Below are positions 1 to 12,565 of a DNA stretch of 44,590 bases, piece after piece (position 1 is the first letter of the stretch; every line of letters starts with the position of its first letter). The notes below the pieces were generated by a model. That model had not been told where the DNA came from. It saw only the letters and a program-made list of their open reading frames with translations, and did not search any database. The stretch spans positions 1-44,590 of the forward strand of contig JALAGF010003913.1 of the NCBI GenBank assembly GCA_030167865.1, written 5' to 3'. Source of the DNA: Craspedostauros australis. Its lineage: Eukaryota. Both the position numbers and the translations under genes were made by a program.

Positions 1-4
1 CACC

Positions 5-1063
5 ATGCCAACCACCACGCCTGGACTTGAGGTTGGATGCCTCGAAGGTCCGGGGAATGTGGCATCGACTTTCAACACGATATCTGATCAGGTCTTCTGC
101 AATGAGAGCGATGGTGCGTGCGCGGATTTCGTTGATGCAGTCGAAGGTCTACCTGGCAATGGAGATAGAATGATCAAGAGCATCTTTGGTTGCAATGATG
201 ATGACACTCCTGGGATAGTGGCAATTGGGGAAGCTCAAGCCCGATTCGACAAGATCAAGAACGATCGCGACATGACTGAGCTACTGGTGAAAACTGTGGC
301 AAAAGGCACAAGACTATTCACTGGGAGTGAAGATCCATTGCGGGAGGCTTGTGGCACGGATTGTTGCACAGATTCCGGTGATTGCCGCACTTTTCCTCCT
401 GGTGTGATGACAGTCAGTGAGAATTCCTGCGTGGAGGGCGCCCTGTGCGGTAGGATGGTCCCTGATACCATCATCATCGAGAGTTGCGTCGGCGATGAGG
501 CCTGTGATGATCTGGGCGGATTCAACAGCATCCCACACCCTGATGTCAAGCTCGGGTACCGGGTGATTGGACCAAAGGCATGCCATGGGTCATTCAGTTG
601 CTGTAGCCTTGGCCGTAACATCTTTGGCAATGTGAGAATTAAGAGTGGGGCTTGCGATGGTGACGATGCATGCTACTTTCTTGGCAGACGCAACAGTCAG
701 GGTGATACGACATCACCGATCGTGGCAGACATTACAATTGGGGAGAACGCATGCCATGGAGAATATGCTTGCCAGCGGGCACATGCGAGGACTAATTTTC
801 TGGGAATCAAAATTGAAGGAAGCTTGCTCATTGAACAGGGTGCTTGCGATGGCGAAAGCGCATGCGAGGATGTTGCCCACAATGAAACTATCGCCAATGA
901 CATTGTCATCAAGGAGAGAGCCTGCGTGGGTGATTCATCATGCGAAGAATGTCTGAGACAATACGATTGTGGTGGTGGCAACACTATGACATACACGATC
1001 AGCGACGCCGGTGATTGTCCTGGCCCTGATCCGAGGGCCTGTTCTCTGAGTAACCCACCATAG
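5..1063 (+). CDS. Cys-rich repeat protein (about 7 IxxxACxGxxAC-type repeats), probably extracellular/cell-surface; likely 5'-incomplete
   Basis: 352-aa ORF with recurring units VSENSCVEGALC, IIESCVGDEAC, IGPKACHGSFSC, IKSGACDGDDAC, IGENACHGEYAC, IEQGACDGESAC, IKERACVGDSSC. The frame is open to the window edge (ACC at 2-4) and there is no signal peptide after the ATG, so the true start may lie upstream. Confidence 0.75.
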   Translation: MPTTTPGLEVGCLEGPGNVASTFNTISDQVFCNESDGACADFVDAVEGLPGNGDRMIKSIFGCNDDDTPGIVAIGEAQARFDKIKNDRDMTELLVKTVAKGTRLFTGSEDPLREACGTDCCTDSGDCRTFPPGVMTVSENSCVEGALCGRMVPDTIIIESCVGDEACDDLGGFNSIPHPDVKLGYRVIGPKACHGSFSCCSLGRNIFGNVRIKSGACDGDDACYFLGRRNSQGDTTSPIVADITIGENACHGEYACQRAHARTNFLGIKIEGSLLIEQGACDGESACEDVAHNETIANDIVIKERACVGDSSCEECLRQYDCGGGNTMTYTISDAGDCPGPDPRACSLSNPP

Positions 1064-1741
1064 CATATGGTGCCATGCACCTCAATAGTAGAATAGGATA
1101 TGATAGCTCGTGTTTCTGCCGTCGCATGCCCACTCTGGTTTTTTCATGTAATGCTGCCCTTTCCGTGCTTTGCGAAAGAACATGTGACGAGAAGAGAAGA
1201 GATGAGTGAGGATGCTGATGATCGGAGTGATGCAACATCGGATACTGGTACTTCGTATCGCGCCAACCACCAACTCCATTCCTTACGTGCTTAGCTGTGG
1301 TTTGGTGAGTCCGCTGTCAGTTTCCGTCAAAGCCGAGACCGATGACGTGGCAAACCACGTCTCGAGGAAAGAAACTTCAGTGCGGGAAGCGTCGCGGTAT
1401 CATCCAAATACCAGTCAATCTGGCCAGAAAAACAGCAAAACGCTGCAACTCAATTGCTATCGGTTTGCCGAGTGAGTCTGGTGCATAGTACATACGCTGC
1501 AGCTCATCGTCAATGGTGGTCAGGAGATGTGTTGATGGTTGTTCGGAGTCGTGAACTACGTAAGACAACGCGGATACACCATCAACCAAATGCATCGAGA
1601 AGAGCGGACAGAATTGAGAGTTGGCGCAAACACGAACAGCGATTGCAACCATACTGGATACTGTGCTATGCTGATGCTGTTGCTGCTGTTGTTTTTTATC
1701 ACGAAGTTGTGCGCATCTTTTCTTGTGCTCGAGCCTGCTGT

Positions 1742-3043
1742 CTATCTGGAGCCTCCCGTCGAAGCCGCGTCATCTTCACCGACGTTATTGAGCACGCCTT
1801 CGTATTGACGCAGCAAATCAGCGTCATTCTTGATTGCGTTCAGCATGTTCTTGTTGGCATCCTCGAACATCTTTATCATGACACTGTCGGAGGCTGTGTG
1901 ACCATGGGATTTGACATCATCGGCAAGCTTCTGCATGGATGCGGAGACTTCCGCGCGGCCTTTCAAGATCTTCTCGACGCTGTTCGACAGCTTCTCGTTT
2001 GCCTCGTCGCGCCTGCGCTTCTTCGCCCGTGTGCTGGAACGGTACGATCCATGGAGGTTGTCGCGTAGCGATTGACTGACCTTTTCTGTGGTTTCAAATT
2101 GCAGTGTGGCAGTATTGCATGCCAGCATATGCCACGGTATGTCGGGCACGATGGAGGTGGAGGAGTAGATGCAAATGCAATGTTGGTGGCATTGCAAGAA
2201 CGAGCAGAGTAGAACAGAGCAGAATAGTCTTGTTTTGAGTGTGAGTGGCCGCAAGTTTGTTTGACACGAGCAAAATCAAGGCACATTGTGTCCACAGCTC
2301 GCGTTTCATAATCGTTGACGTGCACATGACTTCTTGTTTCACGTACCTCTCGCAAAGTTGTCAGTGACGTTGACCCAATCCCCGTTGCGTTCCTTCTTCA
2401 CGAAGCTACCGCTGTTGCTGCCATCCTTCCGGATCTTCTCCACAATGTTCGACACGATCACCGACTTCTCGAGCTTGGTGACGGCCTTGGCATAGGCCGG
2501 TGTGGATGCAGCGATGAGAGATCTGTAACGGCGGTTGCCATCGTGGTCCCACCAGCTCTTGCCGCGTGCACAAACGACGTCATTGCGTCTTGGTTGGAAA
2601 CCAGCTGGTAGGTGGATGGTCTTGTCAATATTGTGATCGTACGTCATTGGGCTTTCCATATTGTCCACGTTGTCCATGTAGTCCATGTTTCGCGTGTTGC
2701 CCGTGTTGATGTTAACATGAGCATCGGCATTGGTGGTTGCAACCGGCGTACTGGAAAAGGCTTGCTGCCCCTCCTGCTGCAAGTGCCACGAGGCCTGCGA
2801 CGCAATCTGAGATAGTGGGATTGGCTCAAAACTGCCTTGCTGTTGAATTGATTGCTGCTGCTGCTGTTGCGGGTCCGAGTGCTGCAGCGAATGAAACGGC
2901 TGACGTTGGTTCTGATGCTGCTGGAGCTTCTGCATATTCTGAATGTGCTGCAGTTGCCGTCTGAGGGTCTCGGCATCTGGCACGCCCGTTGGCTGGTTGA
3001 TGTGGTTGGAAGGTTTCATAGTGTCGAATGCTGATACTGCCAT
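1742..3043 (-). CDS. DUF6824-type protein with Gln-rich N-terminus; 2 exons (3043-2347, 2085-1742)
   Basis: The motif PRRNDVVCARGK..WDHDGNRRYR..Y..A..KLEKS.IV..IV..IR..GSFVK..W..V.D..AR is completed by EKVSQSLRD after splicing intron 2346-2086 (GTACGT...CACAG, phase 1, G+AA=Glu). This matches the DUF6824 pattern common in diatoms. Confidence 0.85.
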
Positions 3044-4278
3044 TTTGTTTTCTCTCGCTCAAGTATCGCTTGTCGTTTCGTCTGTCGACTTGAGTTCGTA
3101 TTGTCTCTTTCGATTGCACTTCCGGTTGCGTCAGCGGCTGATGCTATTCTATGTACGTGTGGTTTCCGTTTGCTTTGAGTTTGTGTTCGAGTGTTGCTTG
3201 AGTTGCCTGAGTTGCTTGCTTGTGTTTCGATTTTGTGGTTGGGCGATTTGTGAGTACCAAGCAGAGTCCTCTGTTGTCGGATTTGTGAGAGGCAAGAGAC
3301 TTCGGAGAATCGGTGGTCCATTGCTTCCATGAACGATGGTCGTGCTACGACATGTTGTGTCTTTGTGACGTCTTTTCTTCGTCGCGATTCCTCTGTTTAG
3401 GGACTCAGAGACACGGTGGTATCGACCACGACCTTCCCCGTCATCGTGATGATTCGTGAATTTAGGGATATCAACAATGGTGCATGTTCTATCGACAATA
3501 AGTAAATAGGAAATGTTATAGCCCCAATACGGTATTTGCTTGTTTCGTTAAGTGTTGACCTTAATACCAACGTCGTGCGCGACCTTCGAGACAACTGGCA
3601 AGTCCACAATTTTAACGAAAAAAGCGTTGGTGTTTGCAGTGACGAACGCAGGATGCACGAGCAAACAGAAAGTCATCGTGTTTCGTCACGCTACGATCTG
3701 TTCGTTCGCCAACGTCGGTCCCCGGATTGCTCGTCTGCGAACGTCAGCGAAAACACGTACACATGCCTGGTATGAACAAGTGGAGGAGTCGAAGCAAATC
3801 AGCACGGTCGCGACCAATCTCCACCCAGAGAGGGCAATCCCAACAGGAACCTCGCCGCTCACGGTTTTGCCCCTCCCCTTACCAGTCTGCAACATCGCTC
3901 TTTGAAGTTGTGAATGTGTCGACTGGTGTCCTTGACTACTCGTGCGTACACGTCTGTTGTCCCATGTTCAGCTCAACTCTGTCCTGTTTGATTGCTATCG
4001 CGCTCGCAGCCGAGGCTGCGGAAAGGAGACACCATTCCATCTTCTCCCATTCTTCGTTGTGACCATTTGCTTCGTGTACTCGTACAAGTGCAGTGTTGTG
4101 TATCTAGCATTCATCATGCGACATCGCTATTCAACTTCGCAGCCGACGCTGTCCTTTTTCCGCTCGTGTGATGCACTTCCACGGCGGCCATCCTCATTCA
4201 TCGGATCAGGCACAGCCAACCTCTCACTACCATACTCCTACAATCATCAACAGTCCTCTCCCCGCGCAGAGCTCGCAT

Positions 4279-7200
4279 TCAATGATGCAGCGAGTACGAC
4301 TGCAACAAGAGTGATGCCTCTTCGACCCCGCGGCTCTCCACAAAGCTCTTCAACCAGCTATCCATCCAACCATCATCCTTACCAACGTGAACCTTGGACT
4401 TGGCATCGTATATCTGCACGCAGCAAAACATCAGAGGGAATATGAAAAGCAGATGCGCGTCGGCAGGCGGCGAGCGAATACGTGAGCACGAATCTGCTGT
4501 CACACGAAACCAACCGGCTTCACTCTGCGCATCGCCGCCTTGGCTGGGGCCGCAATACGCACAATCGCAACGGCGGACACCGCCGACGCGGAGAACGATG
4601 CGGTCGTTTGCCCCAGATAATCTTCGTGTTGCGGTGCATGCACCACAACCAATCAACGAACTAATCCAACATCCGCTCCACTCACCTTGCGATTGCGCCG
4701 CAGATCGTCCCGGCCGCTGAAACGTTCGTACGTTCCCAAATAGTGATTGACCGAAAAGGGGAACCTATCCGTCCGTTCCATGTCCAGCTGGCCCTGCGTT
4801 CGACACAGCGCCATGCTCGGTCGATGGATGCTGAAGACACGGCTGTCTGTGAACATCTTGTCATCATCAGGGATCTGCGAAATGTCCATGATCACCTTGG
4901 GCTGCTTGTTGAGTGATTCGTCATCGTAGCTTGTGTGGTACTTCCACCGCAGCGTTTCGAACCGCTTCTTGTCAAAGATTTTGAAGATGTCGTCATTGTC
5001 AATGTCGTTGTGGCCGCCGCTGCCCCCATGTCCATGAGCATTCTCATCCGACCCATCTGCATCCATTTCCATTTCTGTTCTCGCTCTTGCGCCCGCATCT
5101 TCCACAGAACCAAACAGCACCCGCGGCAGGGACACACACGGATAGTTCATATCCGCGGGAGATGTCATCGTCAGCTGATTCAACAGATCCAGAATGACGC
5201 CAGGTCCGGCTTGTTTTGGAATGGGCAAGTTCGACTCGCCTAAATACCCCAATTTACGTGCGACTGGGTTGATCGTGAGGTACTCATCTGTGTCGATGTG
5301 GATCATCCAAGTTCTTTGTTGATTTCTCAATGCTTTGGTGCATTCCGTGACGAATGTGCTTTGCCTGGGTTGCATAGAAGAGAGGGGGAGACGAGGTGAG
5401 GTGAGGGGGATGACGTCATCGATTGGAGTACGCGTCCTCGCATAGCGTCCACTCTCAGATGAAAACGAGCACAGAGCCCTCGTATGTACTCGCACAGCGC
5501 ACCATGTGCACATGTACATGGTTTCCCATTACAACCATAGTCTCCGCACAAGCAGTTCCGCCACGACCATCATCATTATCTCCGCTCACCTGAATCGATG
5601 CCTGTTGATTTCGCGGACGAAGTGCTCCACGAGCGTCGTGTTTTCGACGTCGCCAATCCATCGGTCCTTGTTCTTCTTAATCTTCGCAAGACGGGGGATC
5701 AAGTGTTCGTTGTTTGGCTCAAAGAAGAAGTCCGGCATGAACCTATGATCGTCCCACTCTTCAATCGTCATCCCGATGTTTTTCCACTTTTGAAGTAGCT
5801 CAGTCGGTTGGGTCTTGCTATTCGTATCCACGGCGACGATCAAGTGCCTCAAGCCAACAACATGGTAGTGGTACGCGATCCATTCGTCAAGGATATCGTT
5901 GTCATCCTTCACCAAGGAACACGCAGACAGAACCTCTTCCTTCGGACGTCCCGCTGGTGCAGACTTGGAGTGCGCCACATTGCGCAGGTCTCCGGTTTGA
6001 ACCCATTGCTCGTGTTGGTGCCGCCTCTGCTGCTGATGGTAACTAATTGCTGATGGAGGTGGCATTAAACTACTGGCATCCTCCTGGCTGATGCTCCCAC
6101 GGAAGCCATCCAACCATCCATCAATCCACCGTATGGGAGTCTCCGATCTTGGTTCATACTTGATCTGTGCGTGGTATATGCGTGCATGCGTAGAATGTAT
6201 GGAATGTGGGACGTTTGGCATGGATAGGTGGAGGACAAAGATTGCATTTGTGTGGCGCGGGTCGGCGATGCAAGCAAAAAAAGGGATCAGAAAATGGAGT
6301 CGGCGCACTGTAAATCACGCACTCTGCTGCGCAGACAGTCAGCAGATCATGCGAACGGCCGATATCACGCCAGTGCAGTGCCGATGCCAACACTTACCTC
6401 TTGTTGGCCGGATACTTCTGTCGCTCTGTCCATGTCGCGAAGATCTCCAACGAAATGATCAACGACGATCAAGTACTTGTGCTTTTCCTCCACATCGATT
6501 GACTGTGGGTTCTTGCACGTCGCTATGGCATCCAACACGGTCATGTTCTTCAAATCTCCAAGCGCCGACATGTCAAGAAGGAGCAGGGGCTTCATTCCTC
6601 GACCATGTGCTGGCCGAATGGACAAGTACTGTTTGAAAGAGAGCATGTAATGCACGTCCCCGGATGCATCGTCATCCGCATATCCGTACGGAATCTGAGG
6701 CATCGAAATGCATGGATAGTTCAAACCCTTCGGGAACGTGGAAGCGGCCGGTCGCAAGAACTCAAAGAGGAATCTTGGATTAGCTGGCTTCACCTCATCG
6801 AGCGACATTTTCCTCCACGCATCTTGATGCTTTAGCAACGGATGCAAGTTGATGAATTGATCCACTTCTAGCATTGATACCCACGATTTGGAATGGTGAG
6901 TGCGAGAGTGCTGTATCCACGCTGCGAAGACTCGACGCCTCCTTTTTGATGCGGCGTCGTCTTCTCTTGCAACGCCCACAACTCTCTTGATTTCAAAGCT
7001 GTCAATGATCTCGTCGTCCGTGAAGGGCACGTCCCCATCTGACCACACGTCAACTTGGATGTATCGTCTCCATTTCGCGAAAAGCACTTCGAGGTCCTCC
7101 TGCGACAGAGTATTGGGACGCATCGATACGACGAGCGACGTCAGCTTCATGGAATGGTAATGCCATGCAACCCATTCTGCCACCTGTTCGATTGTATCGC

Positions 7201-9523
7201 CTTCGTTCAAAAGCAGGCAGAGTGAAAGCTCACCGGCTGTTGGCGCAGTCATGACACTGCTTGGAACAGCGCCACCATGCTCTGCAATGGCTCTCGCAAC
7301 TTGTGCTCTTGGTTGCAGATGAGACGCATCCCCAATGCTCTGTTGCGGCTGCTGTTGGTGCTTCTGCCGCTCTTCTTTGCCATCAATTGTGTATGTGCTC
7401 ATCAGCTGCATGGCTGTCTCCAGACCATGATCGTTCACAAAGTGCGGAAGCCAAGTTTCTATGAATTTGTCGTCACGGCCTTCCTTCACCAATGCCTTGG
7501 CATTGTACGTCTAGAGAGTTGGTGAAATGTGATGGATGATTTTGATATGGTTGTTGAGATTGGAGAAGAGACAAATGGAGACGCCGCGTGAGCTTCACAC
7601 TCCACGCACTCTACTGGGACAGGAATCCTCGAAAACAACCGGCCCGTCGCAACATGTCTGAGAGTAGATCCCCATCATTCACGGACGCCGCGCCATGCCT
7701 CATCAACTTACCTCGATGCTGCGTCGTGGATCATCGCGCGCCTGATACCGCTGCAACGAACCGATGTAATGATGCACCAGCAACGGGTACTTGCGGCCAA
7801 CGTAGATGTTCATCTGCGTGCCCTTGCGACACAGCCGGATGTTGGGCCTGTGGATGGAGAAGACGCGACCAGGTGTCTTGTGGGAGGAAGTTTCCGACAG
7901 AAGCTCGTGGGGGAATCCGGAGACATCCATGATGACCTTCGGCAGCTTGTTGAGCTTGGCATTCTGATAGTCGGCATGGTACTTCCAACGCAGCGTTTCG
8001 AAGCGCTCGCGATCGAAGTACCGGTAGAGATCGTTCGCGGCGTAATTGGTGTCCTCGACGGAACCGAAGAACAAGCGCGGCAACGAGATGCAGGGCCAAT
8101 TGACGACCTTGGCATTGAGTCGCACCAGCCGTTCCAAGAATAGGAGAACGGAGCCACTGGTGAGCTGCGTCGGCACAGTGACATTGCCGGCGATCCCGTC
8201 GCTGCGCAAGGTGGGATTGATCGTGACGTATTCGTCGGTGTCGATGTGCACCATCCAGGTGAGGTTGGCATCCTGCAGATGCTTGGTGCACGTGGTCAGG
8301 AAGCGGCTCTGCCGATACCGGTGGTTGTTGATGCGGAAGTAGTCATCTCGCAAATGCTCGTCGAGATCGTTGACATCGATCAGTGGATTCTTTCTCGAAG
8401 ATGCCGCTGCTCCTGGATTCCACCTCGATGCATTTTTGTCTTCGTACTTGATCTGGTTTGAATGGAAACGCCGGAATGATCGCGTGGATAGGGGGAGAAA
8501 GAATGAGTTATGAGTTGCAGATGCATCCGCTTGGAACACTTGACAACAAATCTCAGGAGAGTAGAGTAGAGTAGAGTGCAGTAGGGTAGGGTAGGATGGA
8601 CGCAACACAAGCAACGGCAACAATCGCATTGGCAACAATCGTAATGGCAACAACTCCCTCGCAGTGACGCAGGTAGTGCTCACCATCCGCGGAACTTCTT
8701 CGAACCGTCCTTCGAGAAAGAAGTCCGGCATGAAGTCCTGATCGGACCAAGTCGTGACATTCAAACCAACCCGCCGCCATTGATCGAAGATCCGGTTGGG
8801 CGATGTCTTGCTGGACGGATCGATGGCAACCACGAGATGGCGCATCTTCAAGGTGTGCCAATGGTACGCCAACCACTCCGGCAGAAGGTCGTTGTCATCC
8901 TTGAGCAGGAGGCAGATGGAGAAGGTGGCCGTGGGCGATTCACGGTTCGGCTGATGCGCTGGCATGTCTTGGTGTTTTGTCTGTGAAGATGGAGATCGTT
9001 GGACTGTAGGATGTTGCGGCCTGCTTTGCACATTGGCATCAGCCTCGTCCTGAGCGTTGGCGTTATCCTGGCCATGCTCACTCGCATGCTCGTGCGTCTG
9101 CGTCTGGATGGAACCACCATCGTGACCGTGCGCCACAAAGTCCTCCAACATGCGCTCCTTGGCGCTCGTCGCTGAACCCACATTGCGTCTGCTGGAGGAG
9201 AACGGCAGCGAAGATCTCGTGATGAAGGCATTCCGGCTGCGCATGGATGACTGCTGTGCCTCATTCGTGCTGCTGCGATTGGTTGCCACAACGATCGTGG
9301 TGACGAAGACGAAGAGGATCACATTGATGGCGCTGACGACGACGAAGATGATGCACCATCTGCGCTGATTGTGGGTGCCGTTCTTCGCGCCATTGCTGAG
9401 GTTGGTATCATGAGACTGCAATGGCTGATTGTTGTTGTTGTTGGTGCTGTTGCTGCTGCTCTGACTGCGCGAGTGACCGTTCAAAGGGTTGCGCTGCGTG
9501 TTCCTCCGCATCATCGGCGCCAT
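4279..9523 (-). CDS. Type II membrane protein with three tandem GT-A glycosyltransferase-like domains (Glyco_tranf_2_4/GT92-like); 6 exons, about 1360 aa
   Basis: Exons 9523-8684, 8452-7712, 7510-6398, 6164-5590, 5364-4686 and 4413-4279 join in frame (4083 nt) through canonical GT(A/G)AG...YAG introns. There is an N-terminal TM helix (WCIIFVVVSAINVILFVFVTTIVVAT). Three modules start FSICLLLKDDNDLLPEWLAYH, LSLCLLLNEGDTIEQVAEWVAWH and LSACSLVKDDNDILDEWIAYH; modules 1 and 3 carry HIDTDEY. Confidence 0.85.
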
Positions 9524-10126
9524 GGCATGATGGGTCGGCTGAACCCCTCCAGAGTATGTATGGCAATACTCGTCGTATAATGCTGCTCCGCGGTCCTTCC
9601 CTTCCTTTCCTTTCTTGGTTGCTGTTTGCGTCTCTCGACAATGTGGTTGCTCTGTGCTGAGCAGACGTGTGTCTCCAAGATACTCGTACGACTATGAGTG
9701 GCTCATGGTAATGGTCATGTTCATGCTCATCCCAATACGACCCACTCTGGCCAGCCACAACGCAACACAAGAAGTTTCTGGCGCGAACTCCAAATAACAA
9801 CAGCACAACAACACCACAACATGAGAAACGAAGTCTTCAACGACGAAGCTAGAGAGAGCGAAATAAGTGGTTGAACACGACTGCAGCAGAGCACTCAAGT
9901 CGCCATCTCATTTTCGGCTGTGACGCGCCGTGGTCAGTGACCTTGAGCGCATGGTACGTAGAGTATGTAGGTGCCACTCGCACAAACATACGCACACGCA
10001 GAGAAACCAACCACCAGGTGCGATGCATGTTGTACAATATAATAGCTCGTGCTAATACTCCACTTGTTCGATCGTGGCAACAACCGATGAGCTCGAAGCT
10101 GACGATGCCTTGTTCGCCGTCGTCCA

Positions 10127-11860
10127 TCAGAACTTCACGCCGTTCTTCTGAGTCGCATCCATGATGGCCTTCAGCACCGTTTCTCGCAAATCCCAGTACC
10201 CGCTCCCGCTCGGCCGATGCCGGAAGTGCGCATCCACCACGATCTCGATCGACGCTCCCTTGTACTCGCTCCAGCGCACGCGAAGCGGACGGATGCGCTT
10301 GTTGTCGATCAGCACCTTTCCAGTGCGCTCTCGGACGTTGTTCCGGATATCTTCCAGCAGCGCCTCGATCTTCGCATTGTCCAACCCGTCTTGCTTCACC
10401 ACGATGCTCTGCTTCACTTGGCACAATCTCGTCCGCGAGATGTTGGATATGCGGTTGGTGGCGATTTGGGAGTTGGGAATGCGCACGATCGTCTCATCCT
10501 CACGTCGGATGTGGGTGCGCAGCAGGCCCATCTTGTGCACGACACCCTGCGTGCCATCGTGCAGCACCAGCTCGTCGCCTTCGTCAAACAACTTCGATGC
10601 CTCGATGGCGAGACTTGCGAGCATCTGGCTGGCGAGGTCGCGGGATGCCCATGAGAAGACCAGCGTGCCCACTCCGCTCAGACCGTACAGCGATCTCAAC
10701 GCCAGTCCCATGCTGCATGGAAGGAAGTCCACGATCACCGCGACGGCGGCGCCGTAGATGAAGACATCGATGATCATGTTCACCAGGCGTTTGGAGTATC
10801 CCAGCTGTTCCACCTGGGTCTCATCGAACGCCTCCGCACTTCCACTTCGCTTGGCCTGCCTCGATAGTGCAGAGGTTTGATTGTTGAGAAACGTACGCAT
10901 GGTCCTGATAGATGCTCGTATTGCCTTTTCATCGCTCGCTGCTTCCTGGCTTGATTCATTGATGATGACGTTCCACTTGGCAACGGACAGATTCCTCGCG
11001 AACCAAAGCGACACCACGATGGCTGCCGTCCACTGCTCGATCGGGTACTTGGAAAAGAAGTCAAAGCCGAGCAACTTGACGTCAAGAAGCACAAGATCGA
11101 GGATGTAGAGGAAGGCTTGGAGACGGCCAAGCTTGCTAAAGAAGATCGCACACCTGTGCGACTTGCTGGCTTGAAAGAGAGCCTCCATTTCTGCCTTCGT
11201 GTCAACAGCATCACGATCTTGCGCCGTGGCTGTTGCGCTAGGACTGTCACCCGCCGTGGTCCTTTTCGCCAGTCTTCTGCGAATGATCTGTCGCCATCGC
11301 ATGCGCTGGCAGAACACCCACCTGGCGATGTGGACGGGTAGGAACATCCATGCGGCGATCAGCACGCATTCTATCACATGCACCGAGGCGATCACTTGCT
11401 TTGCCACGGCGTAGAGGTTGGCGGGAGACAGGAAGAGCTTTGTGATGATGGAGTGAAGCTTCCCACGCAACATGGTGCTGCTTCCTGTTGTCGCCGCTGC
11501 CATTGTGCCAGAATGGCTCATTGCGGAGAGCACAGATGAAGATCGGGAGGGTGGAGCAAGTGGGAGATTTCCGGGTGAGGCGCCATTCCGATCGAAGGAC
11601 TTGCACCTGCTACGGCTCACAGATCCACTCCAGTGTTGACTGAAGTGCCTGTGAGAGTCTCGAGGTGAACGCGATGGTGCATTCGGGATGGAGAATGAGA
11701 GCGCCGATACTGGGGCATACGAAGACCCGGAGGGATGAATCCACGATGGAGACGGCACCAAGGCCAGGATGCAAACGAAGGCCAGCGTGGTTGCCCATCT
11801 GGACGTTGCCGAGAGGAGAGGCCGTCGACCCATTGCACGAGTGCGGTTGGAAATCGGCAT
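10127..11860 (-). CDS. MscS-family mechanosensitive ion channel with N-terminal targeting-like extension
   Basis: 577-aa ORF with several TM segments and the MscS core GLSGVGTLVFSWASRDLASQMLA...FDEGDEL...GVVHKMGLLRTHIRREDETIVRIPNSQIATNRISNISR, plus a typical C-terminal beta domain ending KNGVKF. Confidence 0.92.
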   Translation of the reverse strand: MPISNRTRAMGRRPLLSATSRWATTLAFVCILALVPSPSWIHPSGSSYAPVSALSFSIPNAPSRSPRDSHRHFSQHWSGSVSRSRCKSFDRNGASPGNLPLAPPSRSSSVLSAMSHSGTMAAATTGSSTMLRGKLHSIITKLFLSPANLYAVAKQVIASVHVIECVLIAAWMFLPVHIARWVFCQRMRWRQIIRRRLAKRTTAGDSPSATATAQDRDAVDTKAEMEALFQASKSHRCAIFFSKLGRLQAFLYILDLVLLDVKLLGFDFFSKYPIEQWTAAIVVSLWFARNLSVAKWNVIINESSQEAASDEKAIRASIRTMRTFLNNQTSALSRQAKRSGSAEAFDETQVEQLGYSKRLVNMIIDVFIYGAAVAVIVDFLPCSMGLALRSLYGLSGVGTLVFSWASRDLASQMLASLAIEASKLFDEGDELVLHDGTQGVVHKMGLLRTHIRREDETIVRIPNSQIATNRISNISRTRLCQVKQSIVVKQDGLDNAKIEALLEDIRNNVRERTGKVLIDNKRIRPLRVRWSEYKGASIEIVVDAHFRHRPSGSGYWDLRETVLKAIMDATQKNGVKF

Positions 11861-12565
11861 TGTGGATACTCTGATTATGTGTGCAGCAATTGCAGCAATT
11901 ACAACAGTGGCAGCCTCTACTTGTTTCCTTTACTTCTTTTCCCGCCAATCGAAGCTCTCAACAAGTCGGATGCCTCTCTTTCTTTGCCTTCTCTGGCTCG
12001 TACGAATAGTAGTATGCTTGATTGGTCATCATGGGACCTTGGGTGGCCAAGCATCCGGGGAAGGAACCAACAGAGAGGGGAAAGAGAGCGCCACACGTAG
12101 ATCGTGCACCTGCGTGGTCGCGGAGCAGGAAGACGACCAAAGTTGTGCGATCGAGATGAGAACCCAATTCTTTTGAGATTCTTGATGGCGTTCGTGATTG
12201 ATCCATTGGGTCATGGATTGGGATGAGCGTTCGCATTGTAAATGACGAGCTCTGTTTTCTGTGTACGAGCTGAACGGAATTGAATGTTCGGTGAAACTGT
12301 GAAACGACGAACTCGATTTCTCCGTGTTTGTTGATGTTTCGCCTGTTTGAATCGAAAGAGTCCAGTGCCACCTTAGTATGGTACATGGAATAGAAGTTGT
12401 CTTCCAATGACTATTTCACTAGAGAATTGGAATGAATCATAAGCGAAAGCCAATCCGCTGCTCTAGTCGTCAGGTTCCAGTGTGAGGTGCCTCCGGCTGT
12501 GAGCTAATCCTAGTAGTACGGGTGAGTATGTGCCAAGCGATGCCATGCCCAGCTCCACTTACGAG

